DNA of 64,000 bases from an uncultured Actinomycetes bacterium. Its GTDB lineage: Bacteria > Actinomycetota > Thermoleophilia > Solirubrobacterales > 70-9. The DNA is taken from the NCBI GenBank assembly GCA_963823245.1, contig CAWGKQ010000012.1:61233-125232 (forward strand). The letters are read 5' to 3'. Numbering within the stretch: position 1 is the stretch's first letter; each line of letters begins with the position of its first letter. The position numbers were made by a program, and so were the translations under genes. The notes under the pieces were generated by a model, which was not told where the DNA came from, did no database searches, and was given only the letters and a program-made list of their open reading frames with translations. Positions 41,038 to 49,622 of the stretch are shown here, piece after piece.

Positions 41038-41055
41038 GTCTAAGCTCCGGCAACC

Positions 41056-42129
41056 CTGCCTCCCGACAACGACACAGCGGTCGAGGTCGAGGTCCGCGAG
41101 CGCGGACGCGCCGACGGCGTCTTCGAGGGCGGCGGTGTCAAGGGGATTGCCTTCGCCGGCGCGCTCGAAGCCGCGCAGCGCGAGCTCGGGATCCACGAAT
41201 GGGTGAACGTCGCCGGCACGTCGGCGGGCGCCATCGCGGCCTCGCTCGTGGCGGCCGGGTACGACGCCGAGAGCCTTCGCGCGGCGCTCGCGGACGTCGA
41301 CTACAACCGCTTCGCCGACTACGGCCCGGGCGGCCGGTTCATCGGCGGTGCGCTGAACGCGTTCCGGCACCGCGGCCTCGCCCGCGGCGAGTACCTGAAG
41401 CGGTGGCTGGCCGACCGCCTCGAGGCCTCGCCACTCGGCCTTCGCGACCCCACCTTCGCCGACCTCTACCGCGAGGACATACCCGAGGACGCGAGCTCCC
41501 AGCACCGCGAGGCCGTCCGCTACAGCCTGCGGGTGATCGCCTCGGACGTCAGCGCCGGCCGGATGCTCGTGCTCCCGCAGGACATCGCCGGATACGAGGA
41601 CGCCCACGGCAACGCGCTCACCCCGGACAGCCTTCGCGTCGTCGACGCAGTGCGGATGAGCATGAGCTTTCCGTTCTTCTTCGACCCGGTGACGCTCCGC
41701 AAGGACGGCAAGGACCACCTGATCGTCGATGGCGGCCTGCTCTCGAACTTCCCGGTCTGGCTCTTCGACGGCAAGCCGATCCACCGCCCCACGTTCGGGT
41801 TCCGGCTGCACCCGGGAATGGGCGGCCCGGGGCCGTATTACGCCCCCGTCCCGAAGCCGCTCTGGGAGGTGCCGATGCTGCGAGCCCTGCTCCATGCGGC
41901 GACGAACGCCTGGGACGAGCGGATGGAGCTTGCGACCCGGGTGCGGACGGTGACAATCCCCACGTTCGAGATCTCGACGCTCGACTTCGGGCTCAGCCGC
42001 GAGGACGCGAAGCGCCTCTATGAGTCCGGGCTCGCCGCGGCGACCGAGTTCTTCCGCACGGAGACCCGCTACGTCGACCAGTACGGGCAGACCGCGCCGG
42101 GCCCGGCGCAGATGGTGCGAGAGGATTAG
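41056..42129 (+). CDS. Patatin-like phospholipase (start codon non-canonical or lost)
   Basis: GGGVKG oxyanion hole, GTSAG nucleophile and VDGGLLSNFP catalytic Asp. GGGVKG lies upstream of the first canonical start (GTG 41203). The only start-like in-frame codon after the stop at 41041 is CTG 41056. Confidence 0.75.
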   Translation: MPPDNDTAVEVEVRERGRADGVFEGGGVKGIAFAGALEAAQRELGIHEWVNVAGTSAGAIAASLVAAGYDAESLRAALADVDYNRFADYGPGGRFIGGALNAFRHRGLARGEYLKRWLADRLEASPLGLRDPTFADLYREDIPEDASSQHREAVRYSLRVIASDVSAGRMLVLPQDIAGYEDAHGNALTPDSLRVVDAVRMSMSFPFFFDPVTLRKDGKDHLIVDGGLLSNFPVWLFDGKPIHRPTFGFRLHPGMGGPGPYYAPVPKPLWEVPMLRALLHAATNAWDERMELATRVRTVTIPTFEISTLDFGLSREDAKRLYESGLAAATEFFRTETRYVDQYGQTAPGPAQMVRED

Positions 42130-42139
42130 GCTCCGCGGC

Positions 42140-43414
42140 ATGGAGTTCGAGCTCAGCCCGCGGACGGTCGAGCTTCGCGACCGCATCCGTGCCTTCATGG
42201 ACGAGCACGTCTACCCGGTCGAAGCGGAGGCGCTGCAGGCGATCGACGACGAGGTCGCCCCGGGGGTCGCCTACCCGCAGATCCTGGTCGACATCAGGGA
42301 GAAGGCCCGCTCGGACGGCCTGTGGAACCTGTTCATGCCAGACGAGCGCTTCGGCCCGGGACTCCTCAACTGGGAGTACGCCGCGCTCTGCGAGGAAATG
42401 GGGCGAAGCCCCGCGATCGCGCCGATGGCGTTCAACTGCTCGGCGCCGGACACCGGCAACACCGAGATCCTCGCCGAGCACGGCACGCCCGAGCAGCACG
42501 AGCAATGGCTCCAGCCGCTGCTCGACGGCGAGATTCGCAGCTGTTTCTCGATGACCGAGCCGGAGGTCGCCGGCTCGGATCCGACGACGCTGCAGACCCG
42601 CGCCGAGCTCGATGGCGAGGAGTGGGTCATCAACGGGCACAAGTGGTTCACGTCAGGCGCCGTCGGCGCCTCGCTGGCGATCGCGATGGTCGTCACCGAC
42701 CCCGACGCGCACCCCTACGCCCGGGCGAGCATGATCATCGTCCCCATCGACAACCCGGGCTTCAACCTCGTGCGCCCGGTGCCGGTAATGGGCCACGACG
42801 GCGGGCCCGGGCACTGCGAGATCCTCTACGAGGACTGCCGGGTCCCCGTCTCGAACCTGCTCGGTCCGCGGCAGGCCGGGTTCGTGATCGCTCAGGATCG
42901 CCTCGGCCCCGGCCGCATCCACCACTGCATGCGCGCGATCGGCACCGCCGAGCGGGCGATCGAGATGATGTGCCGTCGCGCGGCGACGCGGGAGGCGTTC
43001 GGCGGCAAGCTCTCGGAAAAGCAGTTCGTCCAGGACTTCATCGCCAAGAGCCGGATGGAGGTCGACCAGGCCCGCCTGCTCACGATGCTCGCCGCCTGGA
43101 AGATGGACTCCGAGGGCAAGCGCGCCGCGCGCCAGGAGATCTCGATGATCAAGGTCGTCGCGGCGAACATGGTCATGGACGTCCTCGACCGTGCGATCCA
43201 GGTCCACGGCTCGCTCGGCATGTCCGACGACACCCCGCTGGCCGGCATGTGGCGCTTCTCGCGGATGCTCAAGGTCGCCGACGGCCCCGACGAGGTCCAC
43301 AAGATGGTCATCGCCCGGCGCGAGATCAACCGGTGGTCGAAGGCCGACGAGGCCGCGGCCAGCAACGGCAGCGGCGAGGGCGCCCAAGCCGAGCAGGCCG
43401 CCACTCAAGCCTGA
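42140..43414 (+). CDS. Acyl-CoA dehydrogenase, ACAD10/ACAD11/FadE2-like subfamily
   Basis: 424 aa from ATG 42140. FSMTEPEVAGSDP, INGHKWFTSGA and RLGPGRIHHCMRAIG are present, followed by a C-terminal helical domain. Confidence 0.85.
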   Translation: MEFELSPRTVELRDRIRAFMDEHVYPVEAEALQAIDDEVAPGVAYPQILVDIREKARSDGLWNLFMPDERFGPGLLNWEYAALCEEMGRSPAIAPMAFNCSAPDTGNTEILAEHGTPEQHEQWLQPLLDGEIRSCFSMTEPEVAGSDPTTLQTRAELDGEEWVINGHKWFTSGAVGASLAIAMVVTDPDAHPYARASMIIVPIDNPGFNLVRPVPVMGHDGGPGHCEILYEDCRVPVSNLLGPRQAGFVIAQDRLGPGRIHHCMRAIGTAERAIEMMCRRAATREAFGGKLSEKQFVQDFIAKSRMEVDQARLLTMLAAWKMDSEGKRAARQEISMIKVVAANMVMDVLDRAIQVHGSLGMSDDTPLAGMWRFSRMLKVADGPDEVHKMVIARREINRWSKADEAAASNGSGEGAQAEQAATQA

Positions 43415-43473
43415 GCGAGAGTGGCGACATAGCGGCCACGAAGGGCGAACTCGAGACCGTTCGGCAAGGGGGC

Positions 43474-46299
43474 TTGCTCGAGCGAGACGACGAACGGACG
43501 TTGATCGAGGGCTGGTCCGCTGATGCGCGTGACGGGCACGGCCGCCTGGGCCTCGTGGAAGGCAGCGCGGGCCTCGGCAAGACCACCCTTCTGGGGGCCG
43601 CCTCCGAGAGCGCGGAGCAGACGGGGCTCCGCGTTCTCAGTGCGCGTGGGACGGAGCTGGAGCGGGAGATGCCATTCGGCATTGCCCGGCAGCTTCTCGA
43701 GCCCCTGGTAGAGCGCGCCGGCGGGGCAGACCGCCGACGGCTGCTCTCGGGAAGCGCCGAAGTGGCGCTGGCCGCGTTCGGTCGGAGCCCCGAGGACACC
43801 GGGGCGGAGATCGACGCGTTCGCGCCGATCCACGGTCTCTACTGGCTACTGGCGAATCTGTCCGAGTCGGAGCCGCTTCTGCTGATCGTGGACGATGCTC
43901 ACTGGGCGGACGCTCAGTCGTTGCGCTGGCTCAACTTCCTGGCGGGCCGCATCGGCGACTTGCCCGTTCTGGTCCTTGTCGGCGCGCGCACGGGCGAGGC
44001 CAACGAGCCAGCGGAGCTCGAGCCGCTCCGCTCGGGGGCGGAGAGGGACCTCCGGCTTGCGCCGCTCAGCCCGGACGCGGTCGCCACTCTCGTGACCGCT
44101 GAGCTCGGCACCGCGCCCGGAGCCGGCTTCTCCGAAGCTTGCAACGAGGTCACGGGCGGGAACCCATTCCTCGTCGCCGAGGCGCTGCGAAGCCTGCGGA
44201 CGCGCTCCGTCGATCTGGACACCGGCGCGGTCGCTGCGCTGGAGGTGCTCGGGAACGAGCCGGTTGCTCGCTGGGTCCTTCCCCGGCTACACGCCTTCGG
44301 CGACGAGGCGACCCGCCTGGCGGAGGCGATCGCGGTGCTCGACGGCTCTCCCCAACTGCGCGTGGCGGCTCGCCTTGCCGGCATCGACGAGGACCGCGCG
44401 CGCGAGCTCTGTGATCGCCTCCGCGAGGCCGAGATCCTGGCGTCCGGCCGCCCGATCCGCTTCGTTCACCCGCTCGTCCGGAGCGCCGTCTACCTAGAGG
44501 TCTCCGAGGAGGCGCGCTCGCACGCTCATCGCGAAGCGGCCGAGCTCATGAGCTCGTCGGGCGCCGCTGCCCGCGAGATCGCCCCACATCTCCTGGCCTG
44601 TGCTCCCGATATGGACCAATGGGTCGTCGATCGGCTGCGGGCGGCCGCTCGCGAGGCCATGAGCGCGGGAGCGCCGGACGCAGCCCGGCGTCTGATCGAG
44701 CGGGCGCTCGCGGAGCCCCCCGACGACCCCATGGAGGCGACCTATGAGCTGGGGCGCGCCCTCTGGGGATCGAGCCCGACCGAGGCCCCGGAGGTGCTCG
44801 TTTCCGTCGTCGAGGCCACGGACGATCCCGAACTACACCTGGCCGCGGTCGAGGACGCCGCGTGGACGTACTTCGACAGCGGCAATGTCAAGGAGACGGT
44901 CCGCTGGCTGCGTCGAGCCGCCGACCTGATGCCGCCCGAGCGGGCGGACGAGGCGCTGGCGATCGAGGGCTCTGTGTTCTGCCTCGAAACCCTCGACCGG
45001 GGGCGGCGCCCCGAGGAGGCCGCGCGCGTACGCGCGATCGTGGAGGCGGGAGACGCCATCACACGTGGTGAGCTCACGGTTCGCCAGGGGCTCGCGCTCG
45101 ACGCTTTCGCGGCAGGCGATCCCGTGCAGGAGGTCGTCGAGCTGGCAGCCCGCTTTCCGCCGCCGCCCTGGACCGGCAGAGGCCCCGTGCCGGGGATCGC
45201 CTGCAAGGTTCTCGCGTGGTGCGGTGAGGCGAACCTGGCACGCGAGGCGACGCTCGAAGGCTGGGAGAGCGCTCGCTCGATCGGCTTGGTGCACGTTGCG
45301 AGCTACCAGGAGAGCTCGCTGGCGGAGATCGATCGCCACGCCGGGAGGTTGCTCGACTCCGAGGCCGAGGCTCGGACCGCATGGGACATGGTGCGCGACT
45401 TCTCGCCCGTCTCGCTGCCGGCCCTGATCGCGATCTCGAACCTCCTGGCCACCCTTCTCGCCAGGGGCGAGCTCGACGAGGCGACCGAGCTGGCCGCGCA
45501 GTGGGACCTCTCCGCGCCGTTCAGCGTCGTGCCGCTCACACCCATTCTCCTCGAGATCCGAGGCTCGCTCCGCCTCGCCAGGGGCGAGCTCGACGCCGGG
45601 ACCGAGGACCTGCTGAGGCTCGGCGAGGACCTGGAGTCACACGGCTTTGTCAATCCCGCGTTCACCTCCTGGCGCCAGGAGGCCGTGCAGGCGCTGGCGT
45701 CACTCGATCGCGTCGCCGAGGCGACGAACCTCATCGCGGAGGGCGAGCAGCGAGCCCGCGCCTTCGGGGCCCCGCACGTGATCGGCACGATGCTCCGCGC
45801 CCGGTCGTTCATCGAGAGGCCGGAGCGCGCAATTCCCACGCTACGCGAGTCCGTGGCCCTCCTCGAGGAGGCCGGCCCGCCCCACGAGCTGGCGCGCTCC
45901 CAGCTGGAGCTTGGAGCGATGCTGCGCCGAAGCGGCCAGCGCAGCGATTCACGGGAGCCGCTCCGTCGAGCCCTGGAGCTCGCGCACGCCTCCGGCGCCG
46001 GCGACGTCGCCGAGCGCGCGCGAGAGGAGCTTGCGGCGGCGGGCTCCCGCCCTCGAAAGGTCTTTCGGACGGGCGTCAGCTCCCTCACCGCCAGCGAGCT
46101 CAGGACGGCGAAGCTCGCCGCGGACGGCCTCACGAACGTCGAGATCGCCCAACGCCTTTACATCACGCGCAAGACTGTCGAAAAGCACCTCGGCAACGCG
46201 TACACGAAGCTCGAAATCGACTCGCGCAAGCAACTTCCAGAGGTGTTGGCCAGGACGGGCCCAGCCGAAGAGCGCTCGCTGTTGGCGCCCTCCGGCTGA
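43474..46299 (+). CDS. LAL-type (large ATP-binding LuxR family) transcriptional regulator
   Basis: Walker A is GSAGLGKTTLL and Walker B is LLLIVDDAHWAD. A long helical/TPR region follows. The C-terminal LuxR HTH is LTASELRTAKLAADGLTNVEIAQRLYITRKTVEKHLGNAYTKL. The start is TTG 43474 (an ATA at 43429 is also in frame). Confidence 0.8.
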   Translation: MLERDDERTLIEGWSADARDGHGRLGLVEGSAGLGKTTLLGAASESAEQTGLRVLSARGTELEREMPFGIARQLLEPLVERAGGADRRRLLSGSAEVALAAFGRSPEDTGAEIDAFAPIHGLYWLLANLSESEPLLLIVDDAHWADAQSLRWLNFLAGRIGDLPVLVLVGARTGEANEPAELEPLRSGAERDLRLAPLSPDAVATLVTAELGTAPGAGFSEACNEVTGGNPFLVAEALRSLRTRSVDLDTGAVAALEVLGNEPVARWVLPRLHAFGDEATRLAEAIAVLDGSPQLRVAARLAGIDEDRARELCDRLREAEILASGRPIRFVHPLVRSAVYLEVSEEARSHAHREAAELMSSSGAAAREIAPHLLACAPDMDQWVVDRLRAAAREAMSAGAPDAARRLIERALAEPPDDPMEATYELGRALWGSSPTEAPEVLVSVVEATDDPELHLAAVEDAAWTYFDSGNVKETVRWLRRAADLMPPERADEALAIEGSVFCLETLDRGRRPEEAARVRAIVEAGDAITRGELTVRQGLALDAFAAGDPVQEVVELAARFPPPPWTGRGPVPGIACKVLAWCGEANLAREATLEGWESARSIGLVHVASYQESSLAEIDRHAGRLLDSEAEARTAWDMVRDFSPVSLPALIAISNLLATLLARGELDEATELAAQWDLSAPFSVVPLTPILLEIRGSLRLARGELDAGTEDLLRLGEDLESHGFVNPAFTSWRQEAVQALASLDRVAEATNLIAEGEQRARAFGAPHVIGTMLRARSFIERPERAIPTLRESVALLEEAGPPHELARSQLELGAMLRRSGQRSDSREPLRRALELAHASGAGDVAERAREELAAAGSRPRKVFRTGVSSLTASELRTAKLAADGLTNVEIAQRLYITRKTVEKHLGNAYTKLEIDSRKQLPEVLARTGPAEERSLLAPSG

Positions 46300-46323
46300 G
46301 CCGCTCGGTCGACGCGGTGAGGG

Positions 46324-46872
46324 TCAGCCGTTCGGCAGAACCGCGGCGTTGAGGACGCGGCTGCCGACACTCACCGGCGCGTCCGACCTGACCTCGAGCT
46401 TCAGCCGATAGGTGCCGGCTGGAATCGCGTCGGCCTGGATTCCCGCCGGAACCGAGACCGCGCCACCGTCCGGGACCGTCGCCGAGAACTCCGGGCCCAG
46501 CTCGGTGTTGCCCTCGCCCCTGAGCGCGATGCTCACGACGACGTTCGCGTCCGAGCCGTCTGGAGCGTCGATCAGCTCGACGCTGCCGTTCGCCTGCATC
46601 GCGCCGTCACCGCGCTGAGGGTCCAGGATCGTGCTCGCCACGGGCGCTACGTCCTTGCGGCCCGCGAGCTTGAGCGGCTGGACCCTCGTGACCCCCGATC
46701 CGAGCAGGCCGTTGTGTAGGTCCGCGAGCCGCACCTGGCCGTTGACGATGTCGTTGGAGCGAACCGCGCTGGCGCCCCCAACGGCGAACGCAGTTCCGCC
46801 TCCGGCGGCGATGAAGATGGCTGTGAACCCGAGGATGTTGCGCCCGATCCATCGCTGTATTGAGTTGAGCAT
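46324..46872 (-). CDS. Membrane-anchored hypothetical protein (182 aa)
   Basis: ATG follows GGAGG. An N-terminal anchor ILGFTAIFIAAGGGTAFAV precedes a beta-rich domain. No family recognised. Confidence 0.5.
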   Translation of the reverse strand: MLNSIQRWIGRNILGFTAIFIAAGGGTAFAVGGASAVRSNDIVNGQVRLADLHNGLLGSGVTRVQPLKLAGRKDVAPVASTILDPQRGDGAMQANGSVELIDAPDGSDANVVVSIALRGEGNTELGPEFSATVPDGGAVSVPAGIQADAIPAGTYRLKLEVRSDAPVSVGSRVLNAAVLPNG

Positions 46873-46965
46873 CGGAATACCTCCATGTGGCTGACGATCG
46901 ATGCCAGCCGAGGCTCCCAGGCACCCGAGCCCTTCGCAGTGGGGAGGCTCCCTACTCTTTTCCGC

Positions 46966-48021
46966 CTAGTCGAGGCGGCGCTCGGCCTCGTCCGCGGCCT
47001 CCGCGAGGCGGACGACCACGGCCGCGAACTGCTGGAAGGCCTCGTCCGAGCTGCCGTACTGGCCGGCGGCGAAGCGGGAGTACACGCCCTCGAGGATGAT
47101 CGCGAGCTTCCAGTACCCGAGGGCGACGAAGAAGTCGAGCTCGGCGAGGTCGCGGCCCGAGCGCTCGGCGTAGCGCGCAGCGAGCTCCTCGCGGGTCGGG
47201 AAGCCGGAAGCCAGCGTCGGCGGGTCATAGAGGGCGGTCATCTCGTCGCCCTCCTGGGCCCAGTAGACCATGAGCATGCCGACGTCGGCGAGCGGGTCGC
47301 CGAGCGTGCACAGCTCCCAGTCGACGACGGCGGCGACCTCGCCCGAGTCGGCGAGGATCATGTTGTCGAGGCGGTAGTCGCCGTGGACCAGGGTCGTCGA
47401 GGTCTGCTTGGGGATGCGGGCCTCGAGCCGCCCATGCACGTCCTCGATGAGGTCGAGCTCGCGGGTCTTCCAGCCCTCCCACTGTCGCTGCCAGCGGCGA
47501 AGCTGGCGGGCGACGTAGTCCTCGCGCTTGCCGAGCTCGCCGAGGCCCACCGAGTCGGGGTCGACCGCGTGGATCGCGACGAGCGTGTCGATGACGCGCT
47601 CGCCGATCGCACGGCGGTCGCCCTCCTCGAAGTACTCCTCGGACTCAGCCTTCGACCGAAGGACCGGCCCGTTGACCCACTCCATGACGTAGAACGCAGC
47701 CCCGTCGTTCACGGACTCGTCCTCGCAGATCCCGACGGTCGGCGCGACCGGCACGTCGGTGCCCGCGAGCGCCGAGATGATGCGGTGCTCGCGGCCCATG
47801 TCGTGGGCGGAGGAGAGCGTCTTCCCGAGCGGCGGGCGGCGAAGCGCCCACCGGCCGCCCGCGGCGTCGACCACGTCGTAGGTCAGGTTCGAGCGGCCGC
47901 CCGAGATCTTGTCGAACGCTAGCGGGAGCTCCACGCCCGCTACGTTGGCGGCAAACCACCCCTCGACGCCCTCGGCGTCGATCCCGTCGGGCGCGGCCTC
48001 GGTAGCCTGCGGCTCCTCCAT
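46966..48021 (-). CDS. APH-fold phosphotransferase (aminoglycoside phosphotransferase / ACAD10-11 kinase-domain-like)
   Basis: GGRSNLTY, WALRRPP, FYVMEWV, HGDYRLDNMIL (catalytic loop) and VVDWELCTLGDP. Start taken as ATG 48021 (alternatives 48039 and 48099). Confidence 0.8.
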   Translation of the reverse strand: MEEPQATEAAPDGIDAEGVEGWFAANVAGVELPLAFDKISGGRSNLTYDVVDAAGGRWALRRPPLGKTLSSAHDMGREHRIISALAGTDVPVAPTVGICEDESVNDGAAFYVMEWVNGPVLRSKAESEEYFEEGDRRAIGERVIDTLVAIHAVDPDSVGLGELGKREDYVARQLRRWQRQWEGWKTRELDLIEDVHGRLEARIPKQTSTTLVHGDYRLDNMILADSGEVAAVVDWELCTLGDPLADVGMLMVYWAQEGDEMTALYDPPTLASGFPTREELAARYAERSGRDLAELDFFVALGYWKLAIILEGVYSRFAAGQYGSSDEAFQQFAAVVVRLAEAADEAERRLD

Positions 48022-48646
48022 GGCGGCGAAGGCTCTCATAGTCGACTTCGGCGGCGTCCTCACGACCTCGGTCTGGGACAGCTTCGCCGACTTCTGCACG
48101 GAGAAGGGACTTCAGGAGGACGCGGTGAAGCGGCTCTTCAAGGAGGACCCCGAGGCGCTCACCGAACTACGGGGCCTGGAAACCGGGAAGATCGAGGAGC
48201 GCGACTTCGAGCTGCGCTTCGCGGAGCGGCTCGGGCTCGACGACGCCAGCGACCTCATCGACAGCATGTTCCGCGGGATGCTCCCGGAGCCGCGGATGGT
48301 GGGCATCGTGGAGGGCGCACGCGAGTGCGGCGTCAAGACCGGCCTGATCTCGAACTCGTGGAGCACCGGTCACTACGACCGCGAGCTCCTCGGCAAGCTG
48401 TTCGACGACGTCGTCATCTCCGCCGACGTCGGCCTCCACAAGCCGGACCCGGCGATCTACCGCCTCTCGTGCGAGCGGCTCGAGATCGACCCCGCGGAGG
48501 CGGTCTTCGTCGACGACCTGCGCGAGAACATCGCCGGCGCGGAGGCGGTCGGGATGGTCGGCGTGCTGCACCGCGATCCCGACGAGACCCGGGACCAGCT
48601 CGAGGAGCTCTTCGGACTGCCCCTATCCGCTGCCGGCAGCAAGTAG
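48020..48646 (+). CDS. HAD-superfamily hydrolase
   Basis: ALIVDFGGVLT (motif I), GLISNS (motif II), K in HKPDP, and FVDDLRENI (motif IV). Confidence 0.8.
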   Translation: MAAKALIVDFGGVLTTSVWDSFADFCTEKGLQEDAVKRLFKEDPEALTELRGLETGKIEERDFELRFAERLGLDDASDLIDSMFRGMLPEPRMVGIVEGARECGVKTGLISNSWSTGHYDRELLGKLFDDVVISADVGLHKPDPAIYRLSCERLEIDPAEAVFVDDLRENIAGAEAVGMVGVLHRDPDETRDQLEELFGLPLSAAGSK

Positions 48647-49465
48647 CGCGACGCCGCCGAGGGCCACGAACACGCCGGCTTGCTGCACGCCCGCAAGCCG
48701 CTCGCCGAGCACGAACCGCGCAAGCAGAACCGTGACCGCCGAGTAGAGCGAGCCGGCGACCGCGACGAGGGAGAGCAGCCCGTGGTTCGTCGCCAGCGCG
48801 AACAGGGTGTTGGCTCCGACGTCGAAGACCCCGATCACGGCCACGGCCGGGAGAATCGACCGGTCGGGCGGGAAGTCCGGCTTGATCGCCAGCGCCGCCG
48901 CGAGGAGCACGGCCACGCCCCCCACACGGGCGCAGACGATCGTCCAGGCAGGGTTCGACGGGCTCGCGAGATCGAGCCCGAGGAAGAAGACGCCGAAGCC
49001 CAACCCGGCAAGCGCCGCGAGGCCGACGGAGGCCGCCGTCGCCTTGCGCCATTCCGGGTCGGGCTCCCGCGCGACCAGAACCGCGCCGGCGAACGCCAGC
49101 ACCGCCCCCGCAGCCTGAAGGGCGCTGGGAGAGTCGCCTCGGGCGATGCCGACGAGCACTGGGACCGCGATCCCGAGCGCGCCGATGGTCGCCACCACCG
49201 AGATCGAGCCGAGGGCCATCGCCCGGTAGAACGCCCCGAGGCCGAGCGCCGATGCGGCGCCGGCGCCGATGGCGATCGCGATCTCGCGCCCGGAGAGCGA
49301 GTCGCCGCCGGCAACCACCGCCACAAGGAGCGCCAGCACGAGACCGATCGGCTGGCTCACGAGGAGCACCGCGAGCGCGGACGAGCGGCGGCTCGTGAGG
49401 CCGCCGAGGAAGTCGGAGATCCCCCAGGCGACGCTCGAGCCGAGGGCTAGGACTACGCCGAGCAC
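48623..49465 (-). CDS. EamA/DMT-family transporter
   Basis: 280 aa, 10 helices in two EamA-like halves. The 3' end overlaps the HAD gene by 24 nt. Confidence 0.75.
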   Translation of the reverse strand: MLGVVLALGSSVAWGISDFLGGLTSRRSSALAVLLVSQPIGLVLALLVAVVAGGDSLSGREIAIAIGAGAASALGLGAFYRAMALGSISVVATIGALGIAVPVLVGIARGDSPSALQAAGAVLAFAGAVLVAREPDPEWRKATAASVGLAALAGLGFGVFFLGLDLASPSNPAWTIVCARVGGVAVLLAAALAIKPDFPPDRSILPAVAVIGVFDVGANTLFALATNHGLLSLVAVAGSLYSAVTVLLARFVLGERLAGVQQAGVFVALGGVALLAAGSG

Positions 49466-49528
49466 CGTGTCCGTCGCTGGCGGCCCGGCTCTGGCGAGCG
49501 AAAACCGAGCAGGACGCGGACGCAGGGA

Positions 49529-49554
49529 GGCCTAATAGCTAGAGCTATTTGGCC
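49529..49554. promoter_or_regulatory. AT-rich near-perfect palindrome between two minus-strand genes
   Basis: GGCCTAATAGCT-AG-AGCTATTTGGCC has 12-nt arms with one mismatch. It stands out in about 70% GC DNA. Confidence 0.3.
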
Positions 49555-49622
49555 GACCGAGGACAAAGGACTGCGAAGGTTTGCAGCCGCCAGAACGGGT
49601 CGGCCAGCGACTGACGCGGTGC

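Noticed and set aside
38841-42023. A 1060-aa plus-strand ORF, and similar very long ORFs (for example 4599..6251 minus, 20628..22601 minus, 42322..43470 plus, 54404..56450 plus, 59256..61133 plus).
   Set aside because: Their translations are Arg/Pro/Gly/Ala low-complexity. They lie antisense to, or out of frame with, genes that have clear catalytic motifs, and they show the stop-codon scarcity expected in about 70% GC DNA. I treat them as GC artefacts.
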